From contig JBHGNT010000009.1 of the NCBI GenBank assembly GCA_043228905.1, positions 21,700,001 through 21,764,000 on the forward strand: a stretch of 64,000 nt of DNA. Reading direction: 5' to 3'. This DNA comes from Azolla caroliniana (Eukaryota; Plantae; Polypodiophyta). Below the pieces are notes generated by a model. It was not told the DNA's origin, made no database searches, and saw only the letters and a program-made list of their open reading frames with translations. This document shows positions 12,301 to 26,037 of this stretch, in pieces. Numbering within the stretch: position 1 is the first letter of the stretch; each line of letters opens with the position of its first letter. Position numbers and translations under genes: made by a program.

Positions 12301-14375
12301 CAGTATCTTGGTCTTACGTCGACCGCGTTGCCGACTGCCGAAGTCTCTAGAACCGGTGTGAAGGATCCTCCGTAGGCCGCCGATTTGTCTTCCCGACCCT
12401 GTCCCGGGTCGTCCTTTTCCTCATGCCGAGAGGGCGGTTTACTCCGCACCCTCTCCCGTGGTACCGACGTACCTTCATGCCGAATCCGGCCCCAATCGAA
12501 CGATCCACGACCGGATTCTGCTCCATACGTATCGAAATGCCGATCGCCTCGTGCCGCGTCCGCCCTCGGCCTCCTCGCAGGCCGTTTCCCATCCGTCTTC
12601 GTTGGCATCGTGCCAGGACTCCTCGGTACCGCCATCCATCTCCTCGGTCTTACATGGGCATACGGGCCCGAATGCCGAGTTCTCCGGAATCGGGTTCGAG
12701 GGCTTTAGTCTACTCCTTCCGCGTATCGTCTCGCCGGTGATTCTTGGTCTATCACCGCCACCTTCCTCAGCTTGGGACTCACGTGCAACACGGGCAGTAC
12801 CAAACAACAGACAAGGGTAAGTGGCACACGGAGGTGCCGGAGCGGAAAGACGAGCGTGGAGAAGGCCGGAAAGGGATCTTCCACGTCGTTTCGGAGACCA
12901 TGGCGGTTCGAGCCGACGCGGCGATGTAAGACCATGGAGAAGGAAGGTGGCGGCGGAAGGACGAAGGCAACGCGAAACACCATCGGGACATCACGATTCG
13001 ACAACGGAGGCCAAGCGGGCTGCCATGGGCATTCCTCTAGCGGAGGACATCGGGCATCGTGGTACGGAGATCGCGGCAGAGGACCCATCGACGGGTCGAA
13101 CGAGCCTACGGGGAGGCGAGCGCGAAGGAAGACTCGAAGCTGTCGGATCAAACCGGCAGCGAGCCGAGATGCGGATCACGGGAGACCGGTTTCTCATCGG
13201 CCGAAATCTCTCACCCTTCAACCAGATTGGCACGTACCGGTGGACGTGCAGTTAGGTGGGGGCGGATGTCGTGAAGAATTTTGGCCATAGGCGAAAACCG
13301 GGAAACATTGTCTACATCGGCGGGGTGCAGCGTGTGTACGCACCCATGTACATTTGGTGTGAATATCGAGAGCGCCTTTATGGTGCTGAAGAGTAGTCAA
13401 GTTGGGACAGACGATCCCATGCAAGTCGGGATTTGTCCCACATTGTAACGCATCCCTCTCCTTGTTCTATAAAAGGGAGGGAACGCCCTTTGTAAAAGGG
13501 TTGCCCATTTTGGATTAGAGGGTATACCGGTAGGTTTAGGGTTAGGTTTCTTCTGCTTCTTCTTCTTCCCCTTCGTGTTTGTTTAGGGTTGGCTACAGTT
13601 TATCTCCTGTGCAAGACCCCGCTCGGCGCGACGAAAACCGGGAAACATTGTCTACATCGGCGGGGTGCAACGTGTGTACGCACGCATGTACATTTGGTGT
13701 GAATATCGAGGGCGCCTTTATGGTGCCGAAGAGTAGTCAAGTCGGGATAGACGATCCCATGCAAGTCGGGATTTGTCCCACATTGTAACGCATCCCTCTC
13801 CTTGTTCTATAAAAGGGAGGGAACGCCCTTTGTAAAAGGGTTGCCCATTTTGGATTAGAGGGTATACCGGTAGGTTTAGGGTTAGGTTTCTTCTGCTTCT
13901 TCTTCTTCCCCTTCGTGTTTGTTTAGGGTTGGCTGCAGTTTATCTCCTGTGCAAGACCCCGCTCGGCGCGACGAGCCCGAGAGCTCCCCGACGGCGGCTT
14001 GACAGCAGACGACTGTTGTAAGCTATCCTGGTCCGTCTCGAAGCCGGGAGCGTTTTCTTCTTATATATATATACATATACGTTTGCATCTGTCTGTGTAT
14101 ATTGGCGTCTTGTTGGTGTCGGGTGCTCCCCTCCTTCCCTGCGTTTCCTGTACAAGAGGGCGTGTGTGCATGTGTGCGTGCGTGTGTGTGTGTGTGTGCG
14201 CGCGTGAGTCGGTGTCAAGCACGCTCTCTCACTCCCTCTCTCCCTTCGGCTGCTTCCAGTCCGTTTCAGGGGTGCCCCAGAAACGGCGAAGTGCGGCTTC
14301 CTACGCTCCGTCGCTCCCTAGTCCAAGACCCCCGTGGTCCCGACTTTCTCCACGCACGTGCGTAACAACGCAACA
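9399..14375 (+). mobile_element. Complete pol-less tRNA-Trp-primed LTR element C, inserted in the RNase H region of D
   Basis: LTRs 9399-10153 and 13267-14375. PBS tggtgaacctgacgtga. PPT ggtgggggcgga. 4-bp TSD ccgt/ccat; removing the element restores IYVTVDTSP in D. No pol motifs in the 3.1 kb interior. Confidence 0.92.
10191..10802 (+). CDS. Gag capsid-like protein of element C
   Basis: RFNGDKVPSYLEAYNAEM...KVLLFVRSID...WSKVGRVC aligns by eye with gag of D, B and E. ATG lies just after the PBS. Confidence 0.8.
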   Translation: MESEGDDLAEMVAEVVLESARVVMRREAAQQAVGRVVERVGRFNGDKVPSYLEAYNAEMEERGVDEALRLELFCRVVAVRMHAEVMELYEAHGSWEAFEEALLKAYRGRRKNRGRHHFDQWVASAKTHRGATKAFREFERRLARLPEREQGLVGADKVLLFVRSIDRPEREAIGIELEDDDGANGLMGDWSKVGRVCQRLDNE

Positions 14376-17300
14376 CCATTACGTAAATTGGAATGCTCTG
14401 TCCGTAGACAGCCTTTCGGAGCGCCGGAGCCGCGACAAATGCTCCCTTCATCTTCCGGACAGACTCCGTATGCTCGTCTCTCCACTCGAATTTTTGCCCC
14501 TTTTTCAGCAACCTATATAACGGCTCCGCGACGTGAGCATAATGCGGGATCCATATGTGGTAGAACGCGCACGCTCCCAAGAACCTCCGAACCTCCGTGA
14601 CCGAACTACAGTCGTTCTTCATCGTGGAGATGGCTTCTACCTTAGCCGGAGACGGTTTCCGGCCATACGGCCCGCATAGGTGTCCAACGACCATGATCTC
14701 TGATTGCCTGAAGGCCTACTTTTCCCCAGAGAAGGTGAGCTTCGCGCCCTCCAACCTTTGCAGCACCTTCTCGCAGTCATCGATGTGCATTGCCACGAAT
14801 TTCCGTCATCCATCCGGTCTGATCGTCTCGTCCCTTTCCTCCACCGGGCATCCCTTGATCGGGACGTCGTCCAAAAACGGCATGGTGATGTCCGGGATAC
14901 AATCCCCCAACACTTTGTTCATTGCGTTCACCATGTGAGCCACCGAGTTCGTCCCTCCTTGCGGCAGGGTACACATCCGCACTAGGCCGAGAGGAGTTCG
15001 CATTCTCGTGATGTCTCTGCTCTCTACGGCAAGCTGGAACTGATCGTACCCGAGTAGAGATCACCGACCGAGTAAATCGACCTTCCGACGGAGGCCTCTG
15101 CGAACTCGTCTATTGTCGGTCCGATTCTTGCGTTTCGAATGGTCACCTTGTTGACCGGCTGTAGGTCTTGAATAAAGCGCAGCGTACCGTCCTTCTTTGG
15201 CACGGTAAACCACCGATTCGAGTATGGGGCACTCGACGGTTCAAGGATTCCCATCTCGACCTTCTGCTTTAACAGCTCCATCAGCTTCGGGATGTGAGCT
15301 CTGGGTACTAGAATCGGTTTGAGACTCCACGGCACATGCGGTACCGTGAATATCACCATTGGTTCCACGACTGTCGGGTCTACGCACCCGATCTCCTCGA
15401 GAGAGAATGCGAAAGCCTTCTTGCACCTTCCGAGCATTACCCGAAAACGGTCCTCTTCCACCGACAGTAGGAAGCCGCCCCCACCGACCTTGAGCTCCCG
15501 TAGCGTTATGTCGGTGAACGTGTGTCCTATGCGGGCCGGATTTCGTAAACTCGGGTCCGACACAACCCCCTTTATTCGCAACTCGCTGCCCTTCGGCAAG
15601 GGAGCCGCGACTGGCCTCACCTTCCGGTCCACAGTCTTGTACCTCGTGTCCACCCGGGCCGTCCGATCCGACTCGAGCCCTCTACTGAAGTCTGCGATGA
15701 CTTCGTACATCCTTTCCGAACATACCGGAATCGTCTGGTCCTCTTTAAGGACTCCTCTGACTACCTCCCGCAGCTCCCCCAAGGTATCGTCGAAAGAGAC
15801 CGCCTCCACGGCTCCGTTGATTTCCTCTCCGAGGTCGAGGACGCCACATGCCGGAAGTCGCTCCTCCGCCCTTCTCTTCTTCCGGCCAACAACGTCGACT
15901 ATCGTACACCCTCCGTTGTCGGAGAACCAAAATTTCCTACTTATAGTACAGGTCTTCTTCGCTACCATACACTTGTGGGGTTTTCCCAGAGTGTCCCGAC
16001 TATCGCGGCCCCACGCCTTGATAGCCCTCTTCAAAAATCCTCCCGGCTTTCGCCCTTGAGGGTCTCGCAGTTCCTCTCATGGTTCGGTCTCACCGTCAGG
16101 AACTGGACCGAGTGACGCCCATCCTGGCTCTTGACCCTTGCGTAGGCCGAGCCGTTGTCCAGCACCTTGGTCTCCATCCGTGCTGCCGTGATGTACGGTT
16201 CTCCTGCACGAAGAAGTACTGGTCAATCTCGACATCGCCGATCTTTACTCGTACGTTTGGGCAGGCTCCATGCAGTTCTTCGGTGGCACGCGTCGCCGCC
16301 CGTATTTTCCACCCGTGCTTGGTGTTGATCGGCCATTTTCCCTTCTTATAGAAGTCCATGGACATCAAATTGATTTCTGAACCATGGTCCACCAACACCA
16401 CCACCGGTTCATGAACATCTCCGATCTTCACGGGGGTCTCCGTGGTCGCTCTGGCCCAGTGCGGCCTCGAATAGTGGCTCTCCGCCAACTCGTCTTCCAG
16501 CGCCATGTCCTCTATGTGCGTCGTCCGCACCTCCACCGGCTCATGAACATCTTCGATCTTCACGGGGGTCTCCGTGGTCGCTCTGGCCCAGTGCGGCCTC
16601 GAATAATGGCTCTCCGGTTCTGTCTCCGTCGACAGCCTCTTCTTCTTCACCAAGTCTACGATGGAGTCGTGGAACTCCTTCTTGGCGATCCCGAGCACTT
16701 CCCTCAGCGACAGTTCCACCTTGCTGTCGAGGGTTCGTTCTTCCAGGACCTTCCGCAGGTCCGTGGATCTTTTGATTTCTGTGCCCAGCCGGTACCCGCC
16801 CTTCTTGGGATTATCCTGGGCGCCGGTTACACCGGCCTCATTCCGTCTTTGCCCGAATCGATTTTTATATCGCTGCGAGGGCCCGGCCCCTCCGGTTTTC
16901 CCTACTCGCTTGTCCTCCACCAGAGCCTCGTAGTTTTGACAAGCGGCTTCGACGAAGCCCGTCTTTTCTCCCACCGGGTCACTCCACCTGGTTACCTCCC
17001 GGACCCGTTTTTCCGCGCGGTCCACCTCTTCTTTCCTCAGTCGTGCGTCAGCGAGGCCTTCTAGCATCGTCGGCTAGAACCCGGCTTTGTTTGTCTTCGG
17101 GGCCTCGCCACCTCCGACCCAAATACCAGCTGATGCCGAGTAGTGGACGGTCTCCGCGTGACGAGCCGCCGCCTCCTCCATCAGCCTTTTCATACCCCCT
17201 TGCCCGACGTTCAGGTTCAGGGCCCTTCGGGTCTCGCTGGTGTGCACCCGACCGTTCCACAGGTACACCACCTTGCTTCTCATCGACTCGGCGAAGTCCC

Positions 17301-18198
17301 CGCAGTCCTTCCGGATGTGCCCAACCGCGTCACACCACATGCACCTGTTTTCAGCCAGAGGTCGTCGGTCACGGGCCTGTTCGCCACCATCCCTCTATGC
17401 CTGGGCGATCTGGAGATCCTTTACCATCCTCGTCAGCTCTTCCAGAGCTGCTCCCCCGGACGAGCCCTTGACCATGCCGGTTGAAGCCGATCCGGTCTCG
17501 AGCCAATCTTGGGTCTCTTCCCTTCGCGTTGGTGGTGTTGGCTCAAGCTTCCTTGCTGCGACAGAGCCCGCCCTTGTCAATCCTTTGTCAACCCATTCCC
17601 GCCGTTTGTCGAAACGGCCACAAACCCTTTTCACCACGGCCCAGTCGGCCGTCAGCCCGTCATCAGTCTCCAATAGGAGGCCTACTTGCTCCCGCTCCCG
17701 GTCGTCAACCGACTTAACAAACAATAGGACACGACTTGTGTCCAGAACGGCTCGGTCAAGCACTGAGAGGCGCGCGAAGCGTTCCTCAAACTCCCGGAGG
17801 AGCACTGACGCGTTCCTTCCTTTGTCGGGGGTCTCCACCCACTCCATGAAGTCCCCCTTCGAAAGTCAAAGCGCATCTTCAAGCCCGTATCTTTCGAGGA
17901 GCCGACCTTCGAACTCCTCCGAGGTCCGGCTCTCGGCCCGTACCTCGAGCACCTCCGTATGGATGCCCGGCATCGCCACTCGAGGGAATCCAGCTAGACG
18001 CCTCTCTTCCGGAATGTCCCTCATTACCATTTCAGCCCGGTAGGACGACAAGTAGCTCCTGGCATCCTTCCCACTAAACCGGCTGATCGTACTTACAACC
18101 GCCTCGATAGCCCTATCAAGGGCGCCGGTGCCTTCGCGCGCACTCACTATACGGTCCACAACCGAAGCCATGGCTTCTGCAAGGTCTGACCCCCTCAT
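14376..18198 (-). pseudogene. gag-protease-RT of element D, frameshifted
   Basis: Consecutive ORF pieces 17866-18198, 17395-17847, 17074-17340, 16096-17067, 15024-16034, 14806-15003 and 14266-14694 carry gypsy motifs in order. Confidence 0.9.
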
Positions 18199-20471
18199 CT
18201 TCTACTCCTTTGCCGCCTGTTCACGTTGGGTTCACCAAATATGTCGCATTGCTACGCGCGTGCGTGGAGAACGAGGCAGGACCACTGGGGTCTTGGACCG
18301 AGGAATAGGTGAGGAAGCGAAAGGAGAGAGAGACACGCTCACATACGGATAGACAAAGGAGCGCGTGGGAATGCAGCCTAATCAACACAAGAGACACAAG
18401 TTGGGCAGGAGATAGAGTATAAGAACGCGTATATAAATATATGTATGCAGATGACTCGATCGGCTACAACCGATCAGGTCGGCGAGACGGGTGTCGACGC
18501 CTGATCACCCACGCACACAGGGGAGCAAGATGGAGATTCTGCCGGAAGCACACGGGCGTTCCACGGAGCAGAATCAGCCTCTCGAGAACCTGCGCAAAGA
18601 AAGCTATGGAGAACGACAGAGGAGAAGAGCTCGGTCCCAGTTCGACAACACTTCGTCCCCTCTAGCGCACTATATCTCTCTCCCCCCGTCTGCCTCTCCT
18701 TTATAGCTCAAGGAGGGAGGTTGTTCACCCGTTTACATCACATTAATTCTCTGTCCTTTCGGACAGAGATACTCCTCGATTTCCCCTATAGAATATTGCT
18801 ACCTACCTATCTACTATACAACAAGGGGCGTGCCCACGTGTAAGGGCCGGTTCACGCACATTATACACGGTTTGCGCCTGGGGACGGTTTTCTTCACGAC
18901 AACGTGTAGCGTGGTCGTGTAAGGGCCGAAAGATGAGCGCGAGTTCAAAGAAGGTTGAGGCCGACAGGAAGGGATCGAGAAGGGAAAAATGGGACACGAT
19001 GGTGCTGGGACATGTGCGCGGCCAAGTCGAAACAAGTGCAAGGAGTGAAGGGAGACTTGTCGGTCCGACAGTGATGATCGGGAGGTCTATTCGAGCCGAA
19101 AGGGAGATAGAGTGCGATCGCCGGATTTGGCGAATCGAATGGAGACTACGGTTCAGGAAGCCGCACAGAAGGATCGAATGGGGACGTAAGACGGAGGAGA
19201 CAGAAGCGGGGAACATTGACACAGACATCGGGATGGAGGTGCACTCCACCGTGAGAGAGAACCATGGGCAAGGGCGAGATGAGGAGCGCGTAATGTGGTC
19301 ACATAAGGACCTGAGAATGAGCGGGTATTCGGAGGTCAACATCGACGCGTGGGTAGAGCCTATGGAAGGCAAACGTGGAACAGAGGGAGACGACACACCG
19401 AGGTGCTTGGGACGAGGAAACGGTTGAACAGAAGGAGGAACACAGACAGTATGGGAGGGGCGGTATACAACGTGCAATCGGAGTGACCGGGAGTCCATTC
19501 AGAGGACACGCACGACAGATGAAGGAAGAGTGATTGGATCGGCAACACCGTCCGGGAAGTTAACTACGTTCGGTCGAGGAGGAAGGTTGAAGCGTCAGAT
19601 ATGGTGGATCGAATGGAACCAACGGATCGGGGACATATGGTGGGTACGATGGATTGGGAGGCTATAATGGTTCGTGTGGAAAGGACGGGCATGCTCGAAA
19701 TGGAAGACGAAGTTGAGCAAGGTTAATGAGGAGAACCGCGGGGGCAAGTTCTCGAAAGAAGGGCGGGATTGGTCCCTGAAATTGACGGTGCGGGACCGGT
19801 AGAGGCCAACACGATAGTTAGGTATCGGGACGACGGAGAACCCAGTTGATCACCGTCTCTGAAAATCTTTCACCCTCTCCCTTTCTTGGTAAATACCAGT
19901 GGATGTGCGGTTGGGTAGGGGTAGATGTCATGAAGATTCCCGGCTACGGTGTGAAACCTGGATGGAATGGGCCAGTCAGTGATGTGTAACGTGTGCACAT
20001 GTATATTAGGAATAAGTATAGAATAATAAGGGGAGTATTTATCCCACATTGTAACGTCCCTCCCTCCTTGTTCTATAAAAGTAAGGAGGGGTCTCTTGTG
20101 AAGGGGTTGCCTATTTTGTGTTAGAAGGGTATACCACTTAGATCTAGGGTTTGGTAGTCTCTCTCTTCTTGGTTAGGGTTTTGGTTGTTCTAGGGTTCTT
20201 CTTCTCCCTATCTGGTTTAGGGTTTCATCTAGGGTTTCATTCTTCTTCTTTTGCTATCCGGTTAGGATTTGATCTAGTGGTGTTTGCATACGGCCTATAT
20301 GGCCATGGTTGTAAATTGTTTGGTGGTTTCTTAATGTAACTTGTTGGTGTATCTGTTCTTGGTCTACTACTCTTTCGTATTAATCTCTTCTTCTTTCTCC
20401 TAACCCCTTCCTAGTCCAAGACCCCGCGGTGCCGCCTAAGATCCTACACGTACCCGTGGAATACCGCGACA

Positions 20472-23400
20472 ACATCATTCAAAGGAGATAAGAAAGAAAG
20501 AACCTAGGAGGCTTTTAACACTTGGCTTGGTCGTTGGGAGTCTCACTTTGAGCTCCACCCTAAGCCCGATGTTGTAAAAATTGGTTATGTCGATTGTGAG
20601 TTAGGTGGCTGAAATGCTGCTTGGTGGCGTGGCCTAAGGACTGCCAAGAACTTACCCACAACTTGGGAAGGTTTCATTGATGTTTTTAAGAAATAGTTTT
20701 TGCAGCCAACAGTTAATAAACCTGAGTTCGGCAAAACTCTGAATGTCAAGTTTATTGGGAAATGTAAGCAATCCAATGACACTCTTGATCACGACTCCAA
20801 GAAACCGAACCTCTTCTGTGCATATTGCTAGAAGCGGGGCCACACAAAGGATACCTATTGTCGTCTTGAGAGGAAGTCAATGAACACCCCTCCTCAAGAC
20901 AAATCTATGAGTCACACAAGTGAGTCTTTTGATGTTGTTGAAGTTCATACCAACCACTTAAGTTCATGTGAATGCACTTTTCCTTCACATTTACTTGGAC
21001 CTAATGATTTACTCTGAACAGTCGGGTATATCAATGGAACACAAGCACATTTCTTGTTTGATTCTGGTAGTTCTCACAATATTCTTAATGATCACTTTGT
21101 GCAGCAAATGGAACTCCACATAACTGCAAGTGACCATATCTATCAAGTTCACATGGCAAATGGAAATGTTCAATACATCAGGGGCATTGTTTGTCAATTG
21201 CCAATTCAAAGAGATACCTATTTGGAGAAGCTAGACTGTCATGTTATGAAACTACAATCCACAAATGTCCTTTTAGGATACCCTTGGTTATTTAATGAAA
21301 ACCCTTCTTTGTCCATTGATTGGGTTAATAACTCAATCACATCTGAACTTAATAATTGTAAACATTTTATTCAATGTTCCAAACTTCCTTCTCGTTCACT
21401 TATGTCTTCTAAATCTTTAAGTGAGTATTCTAGTTCATTAATTTATTCGTGTGTAATTGATCCTGCGCTTCAATTTTATTATTTTAATATTGACGCCACA
21501 CAATTACCACATTATGAACAATGATTACTTGACTCTATTTTAGAAGATTTTCAAGACGTGTTTCCTAACGAATTGCCGCTTACTTTACCACCAAAACGTA
21601 ATGTGGACCATCAAATTGAACTCATCCCCGGTGTTGCTCCTGTGAGCATTCTAGCTTACCGACTTAGTCGATTAGAAGAGGATGAGATCGCTAAACAACT
21701 TAAGGAATTCTTGAGTATGGGCCACATTAGGTATAGTAAATCACCTTGGGGTGTGCCGGTTCTATTAGTTAAGAAGAAGGAAGGTTCATGGCGAATGTGT
21801 ATCAATTATCGTCGTTTGAAGAAAATGACAATTAAAAATGCATATCCGTTAACCTCGCGCCGATGATTTGATTGATCGTTTGCATGGGGCTTGATATTTT
21901 ACAAAAATTGACTGACGAACAAGTTATCATCAGATTCGCATTGCCGAGGATGATATTCCTAAAACTGATTTTCCTACGTGCTATGGCTATTATGAGTTTT
22001 TAGTCACGCCTTTCGGGTTGACTAACGCTCTAGACAACCACATTCCAACAAGCGGTGAATGATGTTTTCCGAGATCAACTTGGTGATTTTGTTGTTGTCT
22101 TCTTGGATGATATTTTGATATATAGCCGTACCTTGCAAGATCATGTTCAACATGTTCGATTTGTTTTGCAAAAGTTGTGTGACAACTCTTTCTATGCAAA
22201 ACATTCAAAGTGTGATTTTTTCCAATTTTTTTTTGTTTGTACCTAGGTCATTTAATTATAGAAAATGGCATTGAAATTGAACCTTCTCGTATTGAAAAGG
22301 TTAAACTTTGGCCCATTCCTCGTAATATTCGTGAACTGCAATCATTGTTAGGGTTTGTTGGATTTTTACGAAAATCAAGTCATAATTATTCCAGACATTG
22401 GACTACGCCATTAACGAACCTTTTAAAAGATCATCCATGTAAGTCTGTCAAACCAATTACATGGAATGAACAACTTGACAAATCATTTGAGATACTCAAA
22501 GAGTATGTGTGTCAGGCTCCCACTCTTCCATTACCGGACCCTTCTAAGCCTTTCTTAATTGAAACTGATGCTAGTGATTATGCTATTGTGCCGTTCTTTA
22601 TCATGGTGGTCACCCTATTGCTTTTGAAAGTAAGAAGCTTGATGTTGCTCAATCTCGGTATTTGGTTGAAGAGAAAGAATTGTTTGCGGTAATACATGCA
22701 CTTAAAACATGGAGTCACTATCTCTATAGAAATAAATTTGTGGTTACAACAAACCATCAATCATTGAAGTATTTTTGTGACCAGCCAGATCTTGTTGGTG
22801 GTAAGGTCGTTGGGCTGACCTTATACAAGATTTTGATTTTTCCATACGGTATCGCAAGGATTCTATGAACATCATTGCATATGCTCTTAGTCGCATTAAA
22901 GAAGTTAACATGCTTAGCTTCACGAAAATAAAATCTGATCTTTTAGATCACCTTCGAGGGAAATACCTTGATGACAGTTATTTCTCAAAATACTAGACGA
23001 AAGCTGAATCTGGTTTAGATGTCGTTACTAGCACCCTACCCTCGAAGGTGACCTTTCACATTACAAACGGTTTGCTCTACCGTAGTGGAAAGGTTTGTGT
23101 TCCAGATTTACCAAACGTAAAATAGAAAATTCTTCATGAATGTCATGATGCTTTGCTGGTCATCCTGGAATACAACGCACACTCGTTCTCATCTCGAGTA
23201 CTTTTTTCTGGCCTAAGATACGCTCTGACGTGCATAAATACGTAACTCAATGCTTACAATGTTAGATTAATAAGTCGGAACGACTTAAAGGTGCTGGTGT
23301 TTTACATCCCTTAGATATTCCCAACAACAAATGGAAAAGTACCTCGATGGATTTTATTATTAGTTTACCTCGTACATAGAGGGGTCATGATACCATTTGG

Positions 23401-24783
23401 GTTGTCGTTGATAGACTAACAAAATTGCCATGATTTATTCCTACCAAAACCACGGTAACTTCTCAACAATTGGCTTATCAATTTGTTGATGAGTTATTTC
23501 ATTTATATGGATTACCGATGGATATTGTTAGTGATCGAGATTCCAAGTTTACTAGTGACTTTTGGACTCAGGTCTTTAAGAAACTAGAAACTACGTTGAG
23601 CATGAGTTCCACAGATCATCATCCTCAGTCTGATGGACAATGTCGCGGAAATCCGCGGGTACATGTCGGATCTGGGCGGGACCACCAAAGTCTTGGACCG
23701 GGGAGAGATGGGTTTCCAGAAGGTCGAGCTCTCTAGAGCCGGATATGCCGTCAAGACACCGACAGGAGTAGTTCCTGATGCGACTTGGAGACAACTGATC
23801 CGGACGCGTCCCGGAATACGACCGGAACGCATAGAGGGAGAGCACGCACGTACACGCACCCGCTTGCCCTTCGCAGCCGTATTTATAGAAGGCCTGATAG
23901 ACCTAAGTATATATATTTATATGCATATTAATAAGTACACGGACTATGATCTGGTTTACTGTGCTTGCATGCACGCTCACACACACACATATGTACAAAA
24001 ACGGAAAGAAGAAACTCCGAAGACACCGACACCAACACTGACGCACTCAACTTCACTTATGTATATTTACAAGAGAGAGATATAACTCCGGCTTCGAGCT
24101 GGACTAAGGTAGGTTAGGTTACAACAACAATCTGCGGCCAAGACGCTAATTGGGGAGCTCTCAGGCTCGTCGCGCGAAGCGGGGTCTTGGATAGGAGATA
24201 GAGTAAAAGAGAAAACCCCTTAAGATATACAAGCTCTTAACCAGACTAAACCCTAAATAGACACGAAGACTCAACCCACATGATGACGAAGAAGAAGACC
24301 TAGATGAAACCCTAAATAAAGTAAGGAAGAAAGAAGAGAAAAGCTATCATACCTTAGACCTAGGTCGTATACCCTCCTAACTCAAATTGGGCAACCCCTT
24401 TTTCAAGGGACCCTCCCTTCCTTTTATAGAACAAGGAGAGGGATGTGTAACAATGTGGGATAAACCCCACTTTACATGGGATTCTTTGTCCCGAATTAAT
24501 TACTGTTCGGCGCCATAAAGGCGCCCCTATGTTAACACATTTTATACAAGGGTAAGTGCACATGATGCACTCCGTCGATGCCATTAACTCCCCGAGGTTT
24601 CTCACTATGGTCGTGAATCTTCACAACAATGAGTTAATCAAATTATTGAGGACATGCTTCGAGCTTATGTAGCAAAAACCCCTTCTAAGTGGGAGCAATA
24701 CTTTCATATCTTAGAATTTTCCTATAATAGTTCTAAACATACATCCACTGGATATTAGTCCTTTTATGTTGATTTATGCTTTT
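20472..24783 (+). pseudogene. gag-pol remnant of gypsy N (gag end, protease, RT, RNase H, integrase core)
   Basis: FDSGSSHN; [26 protein letters not shown]; VVFLDDILIYS; IETDASDYA; IVSDRDSKFTSDFW; HPQSDGQ. Many stops. Interrupted by solo LTR F. Confidence 0.93.
23641..24628 (-). mobile_element. Solo LTR F of the tRNA-Trp group
   Basis: TG...CA termini. Reverse complement shares the catccctctccttgttctataaaag...ggggttgccc...gagggtatac block with the B and C LTRs. Flanks acaa/atga. Confidence 0.85.
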
Positions 24784-26037
24784 TGTTGAGCGGCAAGCTC
24801 AACTAGAGCCGGATCGGCTGAATAAGCCTGAGCCGATGAGTGAGACGGATCGGTGAGCCGGTGAGCACCCGGTGAGCAAAAGAGTCAGTGAGCTAGGGAG
24901 CCGGTTAGCCGGATCAAGCAATAACCAAAAGCCGAGTAATAGCTTAGATTACTAGGTTAGTTATTGTCTCGTAGTTAGTGTCAAACGCTCGTGTGAGCAT
25001 TGAAGTACGATGTACTTCTGTCAGTCCCATAAGGACTTGTATAAATAGTGTTGTTGAGCACGTTGTATGTACAGAGTGTTGATATAATTTTTGAATCTAG
25101 ATTCTTATTTTGCTCTCTCTGTCTCTCCCACGTACTCTCTGTATTCTGTGTATTATTCTCTCTCTCTCTTTGCTGCTACATAGCCAAGCTGTTGTCTTAC
25201 GCTTCCGCACATACATTTCGACATGGTATCAGAGCGCGAGGATTGAAGACCTCTGCAGCCGACATTTGCTTTCGCAAGAAAAACTGTATAGGTTGTGAGA
25301 ACAGTAGATAGGGAAAAATAAAATAAAATATGGACAGAGGTATGGCGAGTTCACTTCCTACAGACAAGCTTGACCGGAGCAACTACGCGTCCTGGTCATA
25401 CATAATGCACCAGTACCTACTGGGGCATGGGTATTGGATTTTCGTGGAAGGAATGAATGAGGTAGCACCAGAGCCTGTACATAAGGACTTCCCGGTATGG
25501 GAGCAAGGAGCGAGCCGAGTATTATACTCCCTCGCGTCTTGTGTGCACGACCAGATGCTCGACTACATCAGGGATGCAAAGACGTCGAAGGAGGCCTGGG
25601 AAAATCTGCGTAAGATTTTTGCCGCAAGTACCACAACCCGTAAGTTGCAGCTCCAGCAAGAGCTGAACAACATCCAACAAAGAGATATGTCGGTTACGGA
25701 CTACACCACCAAAACAAAGGAGATTTGCGACGCGCTCCGGTCCATCAACGTGACGGTGGACGAAGATGAAATGGTACAAATCTGCCTTGGTGGTCTAGCG
25801 CAAAGGTACGGGCCAATCCGGACAGCGATCTGCACCTGGGAGAAACCACCTACCTTCTTCGACTTGCAATTGATGTTGATGGTTGAAGAAAACCACGTGA
25901 GTGGGTCAAGGACCACTCAATCAGACAGTCGGATGTTGTACATGGACGTGGATAGGCCCCGTGGGCGTAGGGGACGAGGTGGGTCTGCACGCACTGGAGG
26001 CGGCCGACAAGAGCAGGAAAGAAGGCACAGAGAATGT

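Larger units (their letters stand above)
9050..18901 (-). mobile_element. Pol-bearing tRNA-Trp-primed gypsy element D, 3'-truncated (non-chromovirus, possibly Phygy/Selgy-like)
   Basis: 5' LTR 18242-18901, Trp PBS 18221-18237, gag, CCHC knuckle (WCDAVGHIRKDC), protease LVDHGSEIN, RT (YSNRWFTVPKKDG; LPQG; FLDD), RNase H (VDTSP...YAQVKREL) at 9050-9398. Integrase and 3' LTR missing. Confidence 0.9.
5681..20471 (+). mobile_element. Pol-less tRNA-Trp-primed LTR element B (gag plus repeat ORF), containing a solo LTR and elements D and C
   Basis: LTRs 5681-6258 and 19926-20471. PBS tggtgaacccgacgtga complementary to the plant tRNA-Trp 3' end. PPT gggtaggggtaga. Degraded gag 6302-6897. Flanks atgt/acat. 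A deletion near 9050 could have removed some internal sequence. Confidence 0.88.

Noticed and set aside
13380-13430. Hammerhead ribozyme (retrozyme) in the C LTR, suggested by ctgaagag
   Set aside because: No stem II and GAAA core follow, and the other LTR copies read ccgaagag. An Infernal scan would settle it.
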